Assembly (NCBI GenBank): GCA_951406725.2
Contig: OX597827.1
Location: 42,904,001-42,968,000, forward strand
DNA: 64,000 nucleotides
DNA from: Octopus vulgaris
Lineage: Eukaryota
Direction: 5' to 3'
Notes under the pieces: generated by a model
What the model saw: only the letters and a program-made list of their open reading frames with translations
What the model was told of the DNA's origin: nothing
The model's database searches: none
In this document: one piece after another, positions 30,580-42,518 of the stretch
Layout of the letters: each line of letters starts with the position of its first letter
How positions within the stretch are numbered: the stretch's first letter is position 1
Position numbers and translations under genes: made by a program

Positions 30580-31011
30580 CTTTTAGCGGGTGGAGAGCTG
30601 AACCGTCCTGGGGTACAGAGGTTTCGCAATCTGGACTACGCTCTGGAAGTTTACCACACCATAATGGGTTACACCATGGTTCCTCTGCTTTGTGGAAGAA
30701 ATAGGAAGAAAGAGTGATAGAAAGTTGTGGTGAAAGAGTACAGCGGGGTTCCCCAATGCACCCCGCCGGAGCCTCGTGGAGCTTAGGTGTTTTTGCTCAA
30801 TCAACACTCGCAATGCCCGGTCTGGGAATCGAAACCGCGTTCTTGCGACCGCGAGTCCGCTTGCCCTAACCACTGGGTCATTGCGCCTCCCGCTGCTGCT
30901 GCAGAGGAACCATGGTGTTACCCATTATGGTGTGGTAAACTTTCAGACCGTAGTCCAGATTGCGAAACCTCTATACCCCAGGACGGTTAAGCTCTCCACC
31001 CGCTAAAAGCC
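30578..31011. mobile_element. Fold-back: 111-bp inverted arms around a SINE C variant (minus strand, 30689-30890)
   Basis: 30578-30688 versus 30901-31011 with 5 mismatches. Flanks are mirrored (TAG/CAG)n and (CTA/CTG)n. Confidence 0.85.
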
Positions 31012-31015
31012 ACTA

Positions 31016-31127
<112 letters not shown>

Positions 31128-31128
31128 C

Positions 31129-31184
<56 letters not shown>

Positions 31185-31753
31185 CGATGATGATGATGAC
31201 GATGATGATGCTGCTGATGATGATGATGAAGATGACGATGACGATGACGATAATGACAACGAGGAAAATGGTTGATGATGATTAATGATGAAGATGATAG
31301 CAACGGTGACGGTGTCGGTTTGGATGGACAAGTGCTCGTGATGAGGCTCAAATCGTACGATGTACAAAGATAGAAAGGAAAACGATACAAAATCTAAAAG
31401 GTAGAAACAACAACAACAACAACAAAAAAGAAAACAAAACAAAAGAAAGAAAAGAAGGATACAAAAGAAAGAATGAAAGAAAGAAAGACAAAAGTACGAA
31501 GGAAATAACGTAAAGAAACGTAAAGAAACGAAAGAGAATCCGGTTAGTAGTTGAGCTTGGTAGGGAATGCAAGGAGATTACAAGCATTAAGTGATGTGGA
31601 GACAGCCTGAGGCGAGGAGATAGCGCTGTAGAAAGATGATGGCATTAGTTTCGTGAATAATGTCACAGGTAAGATACGTCGTACTGCAACTGCCACCTGG
31701 TGCCTAATGGAAGGATTACGTCCCACCTCTCTCTCTCTCTCTCTTTCTCACTG

Positions 31754-31786
<33 letters not shown>

Positions 31787-31822
31787 GTACCAATGATAGT
31801 ACTGATTATTATAATTATTATA

Positions 31823-31869
<47 letters not shown>

Positions 31870-31898
31870 CATCATTATTATTATCATTATTATCATCA

Positions 31899-31954
<56 letters not shown>

Positions 31955-32211
31955 AATGAAAAGATAGGGAAATAGAAGAAATGAAGAAACCAAGAGAAAA
32001 GAGAAAGGAGTTTAAAAATAAAATCCCAATAATCGATATAAGGTTGTAAAAAAATTGCATTATTGATTTTTATTTGTTTTGTTTTTTTGACTTTGGATTA
32101 GATTTCAAGGACAGATATTTATTTTTTTTTTTTATATCTTAGTGGGAGGGAAGCAAAAAGGATTCAAAGACGACTCTTGCAAATATATATATATATATAT
32201 TTTTTAACTAT

Positions 32212-33512
32212 AGACACAAGGTGTGCTGAAATTTCTGGGGGCGGGGTTTTCGTGTCAATATATTGATTTCGGTACTCAGTTGGTACTTGTTCATCGACCC
32301 TTGTTTCAAAAGGACGAGAGACGAAGTCGACCTCGGCAGAATTTGAACTCAGGACGTGTAAAGCCAGGAGAAATGCCGACAAACGTTTGTGGGTGGCATG
32401 CCGACGATTCTGTCGGCTCACCACTTTCAAATATATTCTTTACTGTTCAAACCTTTTCTAATTTTGACACAAAATCAGCAGTTTTGAGGGAAAAGGGTAA
32501 GTCAATTACATCGACCCCAGTGCCCAACAGGTTCTTACTTTCTCGACCCCAGAAAGAATGAAAGGTAAAGGCGAGCTCAGATGAATTTGAACTCGAAGCG
32601 TAAAACCTGAAGAGATGCCGCTGAGATTTTTGTCCAATTCTGCTGGCTCGTAGCCTTCAATTATCTTGGTTTCAAATTTTGGGCGCGTGGCTAGCAATTT
32701 CAAGGAAGAGAATAAGTCGATTATATCAACCCCAGAGTTCAAATCGTATTTATTTTATCGGTCTCGAAGGATGAAAGGCAAAGTCAACCTCGATGGAATT
32801 TGAACTCAGAACGTAAAGATGGACGAAATGCCGCTAAGCATTTAGCCCGGTGCGCTAACGACTCTCCCAGCTCACTGCCTATCAAATACTCATTTCAAAC
32901 TTTGGCACCAAGCCAGTAAGTTCGGTGATTGGGGCAAATCGATTATGTCGATCTCCAGTGCTCCACTGGTACTTATTTTATCGACCTCGAAGGGATGAAA
33001 AGCGAAGGTCGATCTTGGTGGCATTCGAACTCAGAACGTAATAATGGACGAAATGTCGCCAAATATTTTGCCCGGTGTGCTAACGATTCCGCCAACTCGC
33101 CGCCATATTGCCTTCAAATAATAATTATTTTTATTGAAGGGAAGACTGATAAGCTAGCAGACTCGTTGAAGCGTCGATGATAGTGCTTTGTGACATTTCT
33201 GATATCAAATAGCTACCGAGGTGAACTTTACTTTTCCCTCTTTCAAGGTCCATGAAATAAAGACTCAGTTAAATATTAAAGTCTATAAGTATCGACTCAC
33301 CTCCTTGCTTTAAAAATTGCTGGCCTAAATTAGAAACTAATATGTTTAGCGGCATTTCGTTCCTCTTTAGTTCTGAGTTGAAATTCCGCCGAGGCCGACT
33401 TTGCCTTTCCTTCTTTCAGGATCGGTAAAATAAATACCAGCTGTGTACTGGGGTCGATGTAATCGACTAACGCCCCTCCCCCAACATGCTTGCTTTGTGC
33501 GAAGATTTGAAA
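32212..33512. mobile_element. Cluster of about six diverged SINE family B copies (minus strand to ~33105, plus strand thereafter)
   Basis: Recurrent GAATTTGAACTC and GGATGAAAGG blocks. Confidence 0.75.
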
Positions 33513-33513
33513 C

Positions 33514-33557
<44 letters not shown>

Positions 33558-33559
<2 letters not shown>

Positions 33560-33996
33560 GAGTGAGAGAGCAGTGCATGCCATCAAAGTGACACTGGGGT
33601 AAAATAAAATATACGAAGCCCAGTATACCCACCATGACAACCCGTCTGATAAGAGTACACCAGGTACATGCATCACAACCATATGTGCGCGACATGGTGA
33701 TCTCATCAAGATAAACAGCGCATGATCTTGCAGATGGGGGTCCAGTTAGAATTTTCTTCTGGTCGAGTAGCCCATCCCACTCAAAAGGGCCCTGAATAAG
33801 GATTGTTTAAGGATGTTGAACGAACCATCCATATTTCCAAAGGTGAATTATCCAAACTTCTAAGAATTCCTTTCAAAACACGGCTGTGATGCTCCCTCAC
33901 TAGTTCTGCTTGTGATCAGAGATGCACATATCGTCAGCCACTAAGGAACATGATCAACTAGTTAAGGTCAAACAAGTGACAAGCAAATCTGTGGTA
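33558..33996 (-). mobile_element. Element X, 5'-truncated and fused to the R4/Dong ORF
   Basis: Reverse complement of ~29336-29752, with the (TAA)n tail at 33514-33558. Confidence 0.85.
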
Positions 33997-35213
33997 GACA
34001 CGTTGTCATCTGCTGGTATTGATACATCAATTAGAAAGCATTTTTTTCTTCATGATCTCTGACAACTATATATGGCCTGTTGGCCTTAATTTCTCTATCT
34101 GTATGTATTGGCATATCCCAGAGTATGGTTGCTTTCTCGTTTTCTGTGACCTTTTCTGGTGTGTGCTTATACCATCTTTTTTCTGTTGTTATTCCATAAT
34201 GTTGGCATAGCTTCCAGTGTATGTAGGTCCCAACTCTGTCGTGTCTGTGAATATATTCCTTCTTAGCCAGGACTGGGCAGCCAGAGATAATATGATTTAT
34301 TGTTTCTTGTCCATCTCCACATATTCTGCAGTTACTTGTTATGTTTCTTTTCATTCGATGTTTTTGGTAATTGTGCTGCAATTAAAAATCCCTCCGTCTC
34401 TGCTTTGAGTCCTGAGCTTCTCAACCATTGCTGAGATTTTTCTTTGTCTATTTCTTTTGCATTTAGCTTAGTCCAGTATTTGCAATGAAGGGGCTTTTTT
34501 TGCCATTGTTTTATCATGGTACGTTGCTGTTCTAGTTTTAGTTTGGATTTCATTTGTTTTATAGCTTTTGTTGTTTCTTCTTCTTCTTCTTCTTCTTCTT
34601 CTTCTTCTTCTTCTTCTTCTTCTTCTTCTTCTTCTTCTTCTTCTTCTTCTTCTTCTTCTTCTTCTTCTTCTTCTTCTTCTTCTTCTTCTTCTTCTTCTTC
34701 TTCTTCTTCTTCTTCTTCTTCTTCTTCTTCTTCTTCTTCTTCTTCCTATTTGTTAGGTGGTATGATTTCTTGTTTGTATTTTTCAGCTTCCTTGAATACT
34801 GAGAACAGTTTTTTGTTTTGCTCGTGTTTTGTCACTATTTGTATCCGTTTCCCTTGCTTCTGAAGAAGATATTTTTGCAGTCCTATGGTGGTTACTTTAT
34901 GATAGTTTTCCAGCTGTATAAGGCCGCTACCACCATCTATACGTTGTATATATAGCCTTTCTATGTCAGATTTTGGGTGATGCATCCTAGATCCTGCCTG
35001 TCATTATTTTTCTTGTTTTCCTATCTATTTTGGTCAGTTCATTTAGTGTCCAGTTAAGGATATTGTAGCTGTAACTTATAACTGGGACGGCCAAAGTGTT
35101 AATACCTATTATCTTGTTTTTAGCATTGAGCTCTGCTTTTAGTATTGATCTCACTTGTCTATAGTATTCTTTCTTTATTTTCTCTTTCATTTGAGTGTTT
35201 TGTATCTTATCCA

Positions 35214-35214
<1 letters not shown>
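33996..35214 (-). mobile_element. Degraded R4/Dong LINE ORF (RT thumb, CCHC zinc knuckle, start of RLE)
   Basis: GINTLAVPVISYS, KIDRKTRKIMT, HPKSDIERLYIQRIDGGSGL, GLKAETEGFLIAAQ, CRICGDGQETINHIISGC, RHD, ILWD and NRPYIVV. Frameshifted; the 5' end abuts (TAA)n. Confidence 0.92.
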
Positions 35215-35264
<50 letters not shown>

Positions 35265-35459
35265 AGCAATTAGGACCATGGATATAGCAGGGGGTTGGAG
35301 AAGGTAAATTCCCACGCAATACTACCATACAACAACCCTTAAGGGCGGGGCATAATTAACAAGTAAGTGCCTCGTTCAGTTGCACAGTGTAGTTCTGGTC
35401 TGCTCGTGGCTTGGGGCCATTATGGAAGGATCTTTCACAAACGTGACCTTGCTTCTGAA

Positions 35460-35528
35460 TACTACCATCATTATACTCAGCAACACCACTACCACCACAA
35501 CTACTACTACTACTACTACAACTACTAC

Positions 35529-35586
<58 letters not shown>

Positions 35587-36145
35587 GCTGCTGCTTCTGA
35601 TTCCTATCATCAGCACTACCAGTGCTGCCACCATCACCCTCATCATTGTCATCACTATCACTAATGCCATAGTCTCCACCGCAATCGACCCCATCCCCAC
35701 CACAACCAACCACCATCAATATCATCATTTTACCGAAACCAGCACCACACCACTACCACCACAATAATCACCACTATCAGTACCACTGCCATCACTGTTA
35801 TTGCTACCACCACTACCACCACTACAACCATGACGTCATTACCACCATCTTGCCAACACCATCACCGCCGTCACAAACCGTCACTGCCACGACCATTGCC
35901 GCCACAGCCATGACGTTAATACCACCATGATACCAACACCAATACCACTGCTACAACCATCACCGCCGGAGCCACCATCACCACCACAGCCACCTCATCC
36001 ACAATCACCACCGCCACAACCCAACCAGCACTACCACCACCATCACCACCTCTACCACGCCCACTAACAATACCACTCCCGCCAGCACAACTATCGACCC
36101 ACTATGATCACCACCACCACCACCATCACCACCACCATCATCAAC
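35460..36145. repeat. (ACT)/(CCA)n low-complexity tract
   Basis: Seen directly. Confidence 0.95.
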
Positions 36146-36337
36146 TTCTCTCACAACCAACACTAATTCACTTAACCAACCTCATCAGCGCAAATTCCAA
36201 TTACCACGCCTCTTCGAGCCAATGTAGGAGTCGCTTCGAAGATCATTCGTCATGCTAGAAATAACAGCTGGAGATCAAATTAAAACAAAAAAATGGGGAA
36301 ACACACATATTCGATTACATAGTTCTAACAGTATTTT

Positions 36338-36580
36338 TACGATTTCACCGGACTCGAATTTTGGCCCTTTAATTCTCCCTCTTCTAATCACAGGAATTAC
36401 TGTACGAAGTGCAGTTGACAAAAACACCAACCGTTTTGCCTGCAACACCAAGGCCGAGCTAGTGACCAACATCAAGGAAGTGTTCAAAGATCCTTCCCGA
36501 GACACATTGAGGAACGTATGAGCCAGGTTCTGGATCCGTCTTTTGGTGTTGTTGGAACTTCAGGGTGGCTGTTTTTAGTA
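36338..36580 (+). mobile_element. Decayed Tc1/mariner (maT/DD37D-like) transposase C-terminus
   Basis: FWPFNSPSSNHRNY (cf. WPPNSPDLNPLDY), a frameshift, then SAVDKNTNRFACNTKAELVTNIKEVF...ARFWIRL...QGGCF. Confidence 0.75.
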
Positions 36581-36744
36581 AACTCTTAAAACCTTAGTCA
36601 ATATCTAGTTGATATTTTTCGTTACCTTTAAAAAATATTTATATTTTTTCATGGGTCATTGTGTTTTATTTTCCTTATGTTGATTGCATGCATTAAGATC
36701 GCATACTGTGACTAAACTATATCTACCAATATTATTACGTATCT

Positions 36745-37138
36745 CCGAGCCCCCCGAAACAGCTGTTGGGCCTTTCTTCCAGCTCTTTAATTTTCTTTGT
36801 CGTTTGTACAGTGTGTAAGTTGAACCTATTAATATAAATATCTACATACTTATACTTAAAAATTCATCACCTGAAAGTCTCTCATTTTGTATCTATACAT
36901 GTATACATATTTTGTATTTCATACCCAAAATATTATATCTAATATATTTAATATGTTTAATATTTATTTAATGCGTCTAATTTATTTGTTCGCATAATTG
37001 CTTCTATATCCGCTCAACCTGATCTTTCTTATAACCTTTCTTTACCTTATGGAATCGATTCCCTGTAAATACGTCAGTTTCTAAGTTTGAATTTTTTGAG
37101 CATTACTGTTCAATCCGAAGAATCTCTGGATCTCGTCT
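36745..37138 (+). mobile_element. Penelope-like tail starting with an HHR 3' half
   Basis: CC-GAAA-CAGCTG-TT-GGG, then an AT-rich tail homologous to 1516-1941. Confidence 0.55.
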
Positions 37139-37206
37139 GTGAAGTGTGTGTGTGTGTGTGTGTGTGTACATACATACATACATACATACATACATACATA
37201 CATACA

Positions 37207-37264
<58 letters not shown>

Positions 37265-37349
37265 TATATACGTATATATATATATATATATATATATACG
37301 TACACACATATACATATGTATATATATGTGTGTATGTGTATGTATCTAC

Positions 37350-37413
<64 letters not shown>

Positions 37414-37590
37414 TGTGTCTATATATAATATAAATATAACTATACATTATACATAAATACATGCATGCATGCATGCATACATACATACATCCATCAATCC
37501 ATCCATCCATCCATCCATCCATACATACATACATACATACATACATACATACATACATACATACATACATACATACATACATACATAATA

Positions 37591-37851
37591 TAGGGCGTCC
37601 CAAAACTATGTACACACTCTAACAGCTGATAATTCACATACTTTTCCTTTCTATTTAGGTTCAACCACTCAGATATAAAGAAGGCAGTCTGCTTTGAAGA
37701 AAGGCAAGTTTTCCATAAGTGGTACTGGAAGTTTGAGAACGCAGTTGTTGTGCAAAGACAGTTTAAGAGGAAATTTCAAAAAAGATCCACCTACGCAACA
37801 AAGAATCAATCGAATTATAGATAAATTTGAAGCAGATGGAACAGTTCAGAA
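37591..37851 (+). mobile_element. 5' end of a Tc1/mariner element: TIR plus transposase N-terminal HTH (DUF4817-like)
   Basis: TAGGGCGTCCCAAAAC TIR-like start; FEERQVFHKWYWKFENAVVVQRQFKRKFQKDPPTQQRINRIIDKFEADGTVQ. Confidence 0.75.
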
Positions 37852-37999
37852 TTATTTAAATTATTTACATTTGACGGATATTTGTCCTCATTTTGTTTGT
37901 TGTTAACACAACGTTTCGATTGAAATACACTCCAGCCTTCATCAGGAGTCTTGGGGGAAATTTCGAACCCGGGTTCTTATTCCTAAGGTACATTTTTGA

Positions 38000-38062
<63 letters not shown>

Positions 38063-38161
38063 CATTATTATTATTATTATGCCCACGGGCATATGGCGTA
38101 GTAGTTAAGAGCGTGGGCTACTAACTCCAAGATTCTAAATTCGATTTCAGGCAATGACTAA

Positions 38162-38219
<58 letters not shown>

Positions 38220-38230
38220 TCGATTACCTT
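37852..38230. mobile_element. tRNA-headed HHR element, copy 2 (inverted tail 37852-38002, head 38081-38160, (AAT)n linker)
   Basis: Tail and head each align with 41015-41263. Confidence 0.75.
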
Positions 38231-38488
38231 CGGCGAACCGCTAAGTTATTTTATCGAACCCATTTGACGAACCGCTAAGTTATTTTATCGATGGCCTTTG
38301 GCAAACCGCTAGATTATTTTATCGATAACCTTTAGCGAACCGCTAAGATATTTTATCGATCTCGATTGGCAAATCGCTAGGTTATTCTATTATCCCCCTT
38401 TGACGAACCGATAAGTTATTTTATTGATCACCTTTGGCGAACCGCTAATTATTTTATCGATCTTCTTTGGCGATCTGCTAAGTTATTG
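38228..38488. repeat. Minisatellite, ~33-34 bp x 8
   Basis: Consensus TTTGGCGAACCGCTAAGTTATTTTATCGATC. Confidence 0.85.
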
Positions 38489-38627
38489 ATTGGACTCCGT
38501 TTGCCCGATTTCAATCTAATTTTCAACATGGTAAAGTGGAAGCGGATTAGTAATTTATGTGCGGAAATCTATTTTTTTATAAATGGGATATATATATATA
38601 TTTATTTATAAACAGAAAGAAGCCTAT

Positions 38628-38658
<31 letters not shown>

Positions 38659-38875
38659 GGAGAGGGGGGAGAGATGTAAATGGATGAATGAATTATCCTT
38701 TGTTTAACGTTAACATGGAAAATTCAATAAACAGTTACCAGGGTAGCAAAATTCACGCAAGTAACACGGATAAAGCGACCTATTCAAAGGTAGAAACTCC
38801 GGGTTAATGTGCAGTAATTTGTGTAGTATAAGTAAATAAATAGAGTTCAACGAAGATGTTATTAAAATTATTTTA

Positions 38876-38958
38876 CTTTCGACATATGTTTCGAAGACAG
38901 CATTGGTTTTATTCCAAAGGAATAAACGGTGTAAAATGCAACCTTCTCATCAGGAAAG
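38876..38958 (-). ncRNA. Type I hammerhead ribozyme, canonical core
   Basis: CUUUC-CUGAUGA-GAAG[...]CUUC-GAAA-CAUAUG-UC-GAAAG: all conserved nucleotides, perfect stems I and II, GUC triplet. Confidence 0.8.
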
Positions 38959-39810
38959 AAAGAGAGCCTATCTCAACAACAAGACATTATAACAATTACG
39001 ATATATATATTTGTACGAAGATACTGATGAAAGTCAGGGCTACACAACCAGCAACAGTCGACGGACCGACGGCAAACATTGAACGAGAATACGCACAAAG
39101 ACCGAACGAAACGTTTCTAGATGCTTTCCATTCCATTACGTTGCGTGATCGGTTGCGCCTGGACCAGAACAGCCATTAGTTTGAAAACAGACGCTCATAA
39201 AATAATTGTCAGTAGATTCGAGATCAGTGACGAAAAGTTACTGGAAAAATGATATAAGTATTTGCATTGGGACTCCTTTCATCGAAAACCGGTGATTGTC
39301 GTACGCTGATGACAGGTCAATACCTAGAAACTGCAGTCCGTGCGTATCACTTAGGTTGACGAGGGAAGGATGACCTCCCTTTGCAAATACCTTAAGGGCA
39401 CAGAAAGTGTGCCTAAAGCCAGCCGGAGACGATGTTCTCCTAGGGCTACAAGCTACAGTAACACCCACCCTTAGTGGTTAGCCATATTTGAGATGGCAAA
39501 TATACCTCCCCATTGTCGTGCAGTTACTTTTTTATACCTCGTTCAGAGATTTGTTATTGCTATTTTAAATTATTTTGAAAATAAGGAGTACTTTAATTAA
39601 GATCGTGTGATCATTCAATATGTGTATACATATTTTGGGGCTTAACCTGCATACAATCAGTATATATAGTAGCTTTGCACACAAAATTGTTCGATCTACT
39701 AAACTAGAGCTACACAGCAATGTATTCAGGTTAACCTATTAGCTTGTGTTGAGGCCTTTCATGCTTTATTTAATTGTGCGTGTGCGCGCGTATGTGTGTA
39801 TCTGAATATC

Positions 39811-39864
<54 letters not shown>

Positions 39865-40274
39865 TAACATTACCACATTATAACATTGTGGGAACACACC
39901 GAATGCGGACAAAAGAAATGAGGTGTCCTGTGAAAAAGAAGAAAAAAATATAAAGTACAAAACACAAAACACTCACGCACACACACATTCACACACAGAC
40001 CCACATACATGCATCAATAGTTGCAAACATGTAGCTCCTATACAACCACGACCACACACACCCACACTCTCTCTCACACACACACACACACACTCACACA
40101 CACACACACACACACACCACACACACACACAGACTAGGACATTGTCACCGTGTATATATATAATACAACTGAACAATGGCGTTCGCCGCCTCTGTGTGAT
40201 CTTTCAACGTTGTGCATGTATGGTTTAGCGTGAGAAATTGATCTTGTATTATTATTGATCGGCCTGCACACATC

Positions 40275-41005
40275 GGTGTTGTTGCTATTGTTGCCATAGT
40301 GGTGAGGCGGCAGCGGCCTCGGTGGTGGCAGTGGTGGTTGTTGTTGTGGTGGTGAAGGAGTTGTTGTGAGGGCTTTTGATAGTTTTCTTGTTGGCAGTGG
40401 TGTTGGCAGTGGTGTTGGCGGTGGTGGCGTCAGGTGTAGTGGAGGCAGGGTGGTGGCGGCAGGGGTGGTGGCGGTAAGGGTGGTGGTGGCAGTAAGGGTG
40501 GTGGTGGTGGTGGTGGTGGTGAGAGTGGTGGGGCGGAGTGGTGGTGGTGATGATGATGGTGGTGGTCTTCTTGTTGGTGGTGGTTTGGTGTTGTGGTGAA
40601 AGCTTTTGATATTTTTGTTGTTGTTGTTGGTTGTATTAGTGGTGACACTGGTGGTGGCTGCATGGGTGGTGTTGATGATGGTAGTGGTACAAAGTGGTGG
40701 TGAGTGTGGTGGTAGTTTTGGTGGTGATGGTAGTTTTGATGGTGGTGATACCTGTGGTGGGAGTGGTTGTGGTGACGATATTGACTTATTGCATTTGTTG
40801 CTTTTGTTATTGTTGGAGTGGTGGTCATGGTTGTGTTGATGGTTGTTGTTATAGATGTGGTAACGGTGAGTTTTGGTTAAAGACGCTGGTGTTCTACCGG
40901 CCTGTGGTGGTATCTTCCTTGTTGTTGTTGCTGTTGTTGCTGTTGTTACTGCTGTTGCTATTCTCTTTCCGTTGGTGATGGTTGTGGCGGAGGTGACTGA
41001 TGTTG
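40275..41005. repeat. Degenerate (GGT)/(GTT)n tract
   Basis: Seen directly. Confidence 0.9.
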
Positions 41006-41014
41006 CTAAAGTTC

Positions 41015-41381
41015 ATTATTTACATTATTTACATTCGACGGATATTTGTCTTCATCTTGTTTGTTGTAAACACGTTTCGGCTGATATACCATCCAGCCTT
41101 CTTCAGGTGTCTTGGGGAAACTTTGAACCTGGGTTCTCATTCCTAAGGTATTTTTCGAGGTTATTATTATTATTGTTGTTGTTGTTCAGGTCACTACTTG
41201 GAATCGAACTCGGAATCTTGGGGTTAGTAGCCTGCGCTCTCAACCAATACGCCATGTTCCTGTGGTTCAAAATTTCGCCAAGACACCTGATAAAGGCTGG
41301 AGGGTATATCAGCCGAAACGTTGTGTTTACAACAAACAAGATGAGGACAAATATCCGTCAAATGTAAATAATGTAAATAAT
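41015..41381 (-). mobile_element. tRNA-headed HHR element, copy 1 (unit 41263-41015 plus an inverted 3' copy at 41264-41381)
   Basis: A box TGGCGTATTGG (41254-41244), B box GAGTTCGATTCC (41211-41200), (AAC/AAT)n linker, ACAC-CTGAAGAA-GGCTG...CAGCC-GAAACGT and an (AATGTAAAT)n end. Confidence 0.8.
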
Positions 41382-41383
41382 TT

Positions 41384-41515
41384 ACGTCTACCAAATCCAC
41401 TCACAAGGCTTTGGTCAGCCCGAGGCTATAGTAGAAGACATTTGCCCAAGGTGCCACGCAGTGGGAATGAACCCAGAACCATGTGGTTGGTAAGCAAGCT
41501 ACTTACCACACAGCC
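41384..41515 (-). mobile_element. SINE family A 5' part
   Basis: Matches the family A head in reverse. Confidence 0.8.
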
Positions 41516-42475
41516 GGTGTTGATGATGTTAGTGGCAATATTGGCGTTGCCGAATTTATTCGCCGTTCTGCCTATCGTAATTGTTGGCCTCTGTGTTGGT
41601 ATTGCTCGTTGTGTTGTTATCATTGTTGTGGCTGCTATCGTTTAGCTTATGGTTGTTAAGTGTTATGTGAGTTGCAGCAATTGTGCCGTTGCACAGTCCG
41701 GCCTCTTCTCTCATCCCACAGACCTATAATCATTGGTCATAGGTCTAAAAAATTAGGCTAAGCGTTGACCTTCTTCTGATTCATCAGACTTTTATCCAAA
41801 GATAATAGGCGTTCTGTACTGGTAAATAGTCATCTTAATATTTATTCAAACATTGTACAGCGAGGAATAAATTCTGTAACGTCGAATAAATTCATCAACG
41901 CCATTATTGCCACTAACAACATCATTAACATCATCAATGATATTAATTACCAGTACACGATTATAATGACGATGACGAGGATAACGGCGATGATGAGCAC
42001 AGCAACGACGGCGACTATGATATTAGTAACAACACCAATTGCAATAACCATGACATTATACAATGAGTCCTCTCTTTTCTTTTCATCTTGATTTTTCTCC
42101 ATTTCTTTTCTTCGGTGGTAGTTTTTGTCAAGTTTTTTTTTTGTGGTGGTAGGGTAGTGAAAGTGAAGGTTACGGTGGCGATGATAATGGTGGTGGTGGT
42201 GGTGATGGTGGTGAGTGGCTGAAGGGTAGGATCGATGGATGGATCGTTCAATCGATAGATGGATAGTTAAACGGGTACCTGAGTGGATGAATGAATGGAT
42301 GGTGACTCACTGATGTATATATTGAGGTTAGCAGCTCATGCTAAATAACAACAAAATCAATCCTTTCTACTACAGTAATGACAACAACAACAACAACAAC
42401 AATAACAATAATAATAATAATAATAATAATAACAACAACAATAATAATAATAATAATGACAACAACAACAACAAC

Positions 42476-42518
<43 letters not shown>

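Noticed and set aside
38228-38488. CRISPR-like periodicity here and at 51479-52070
   Set aside because: Units are contiguous with no unique spacers, there are no cas genes, and the context is eukaryotic.
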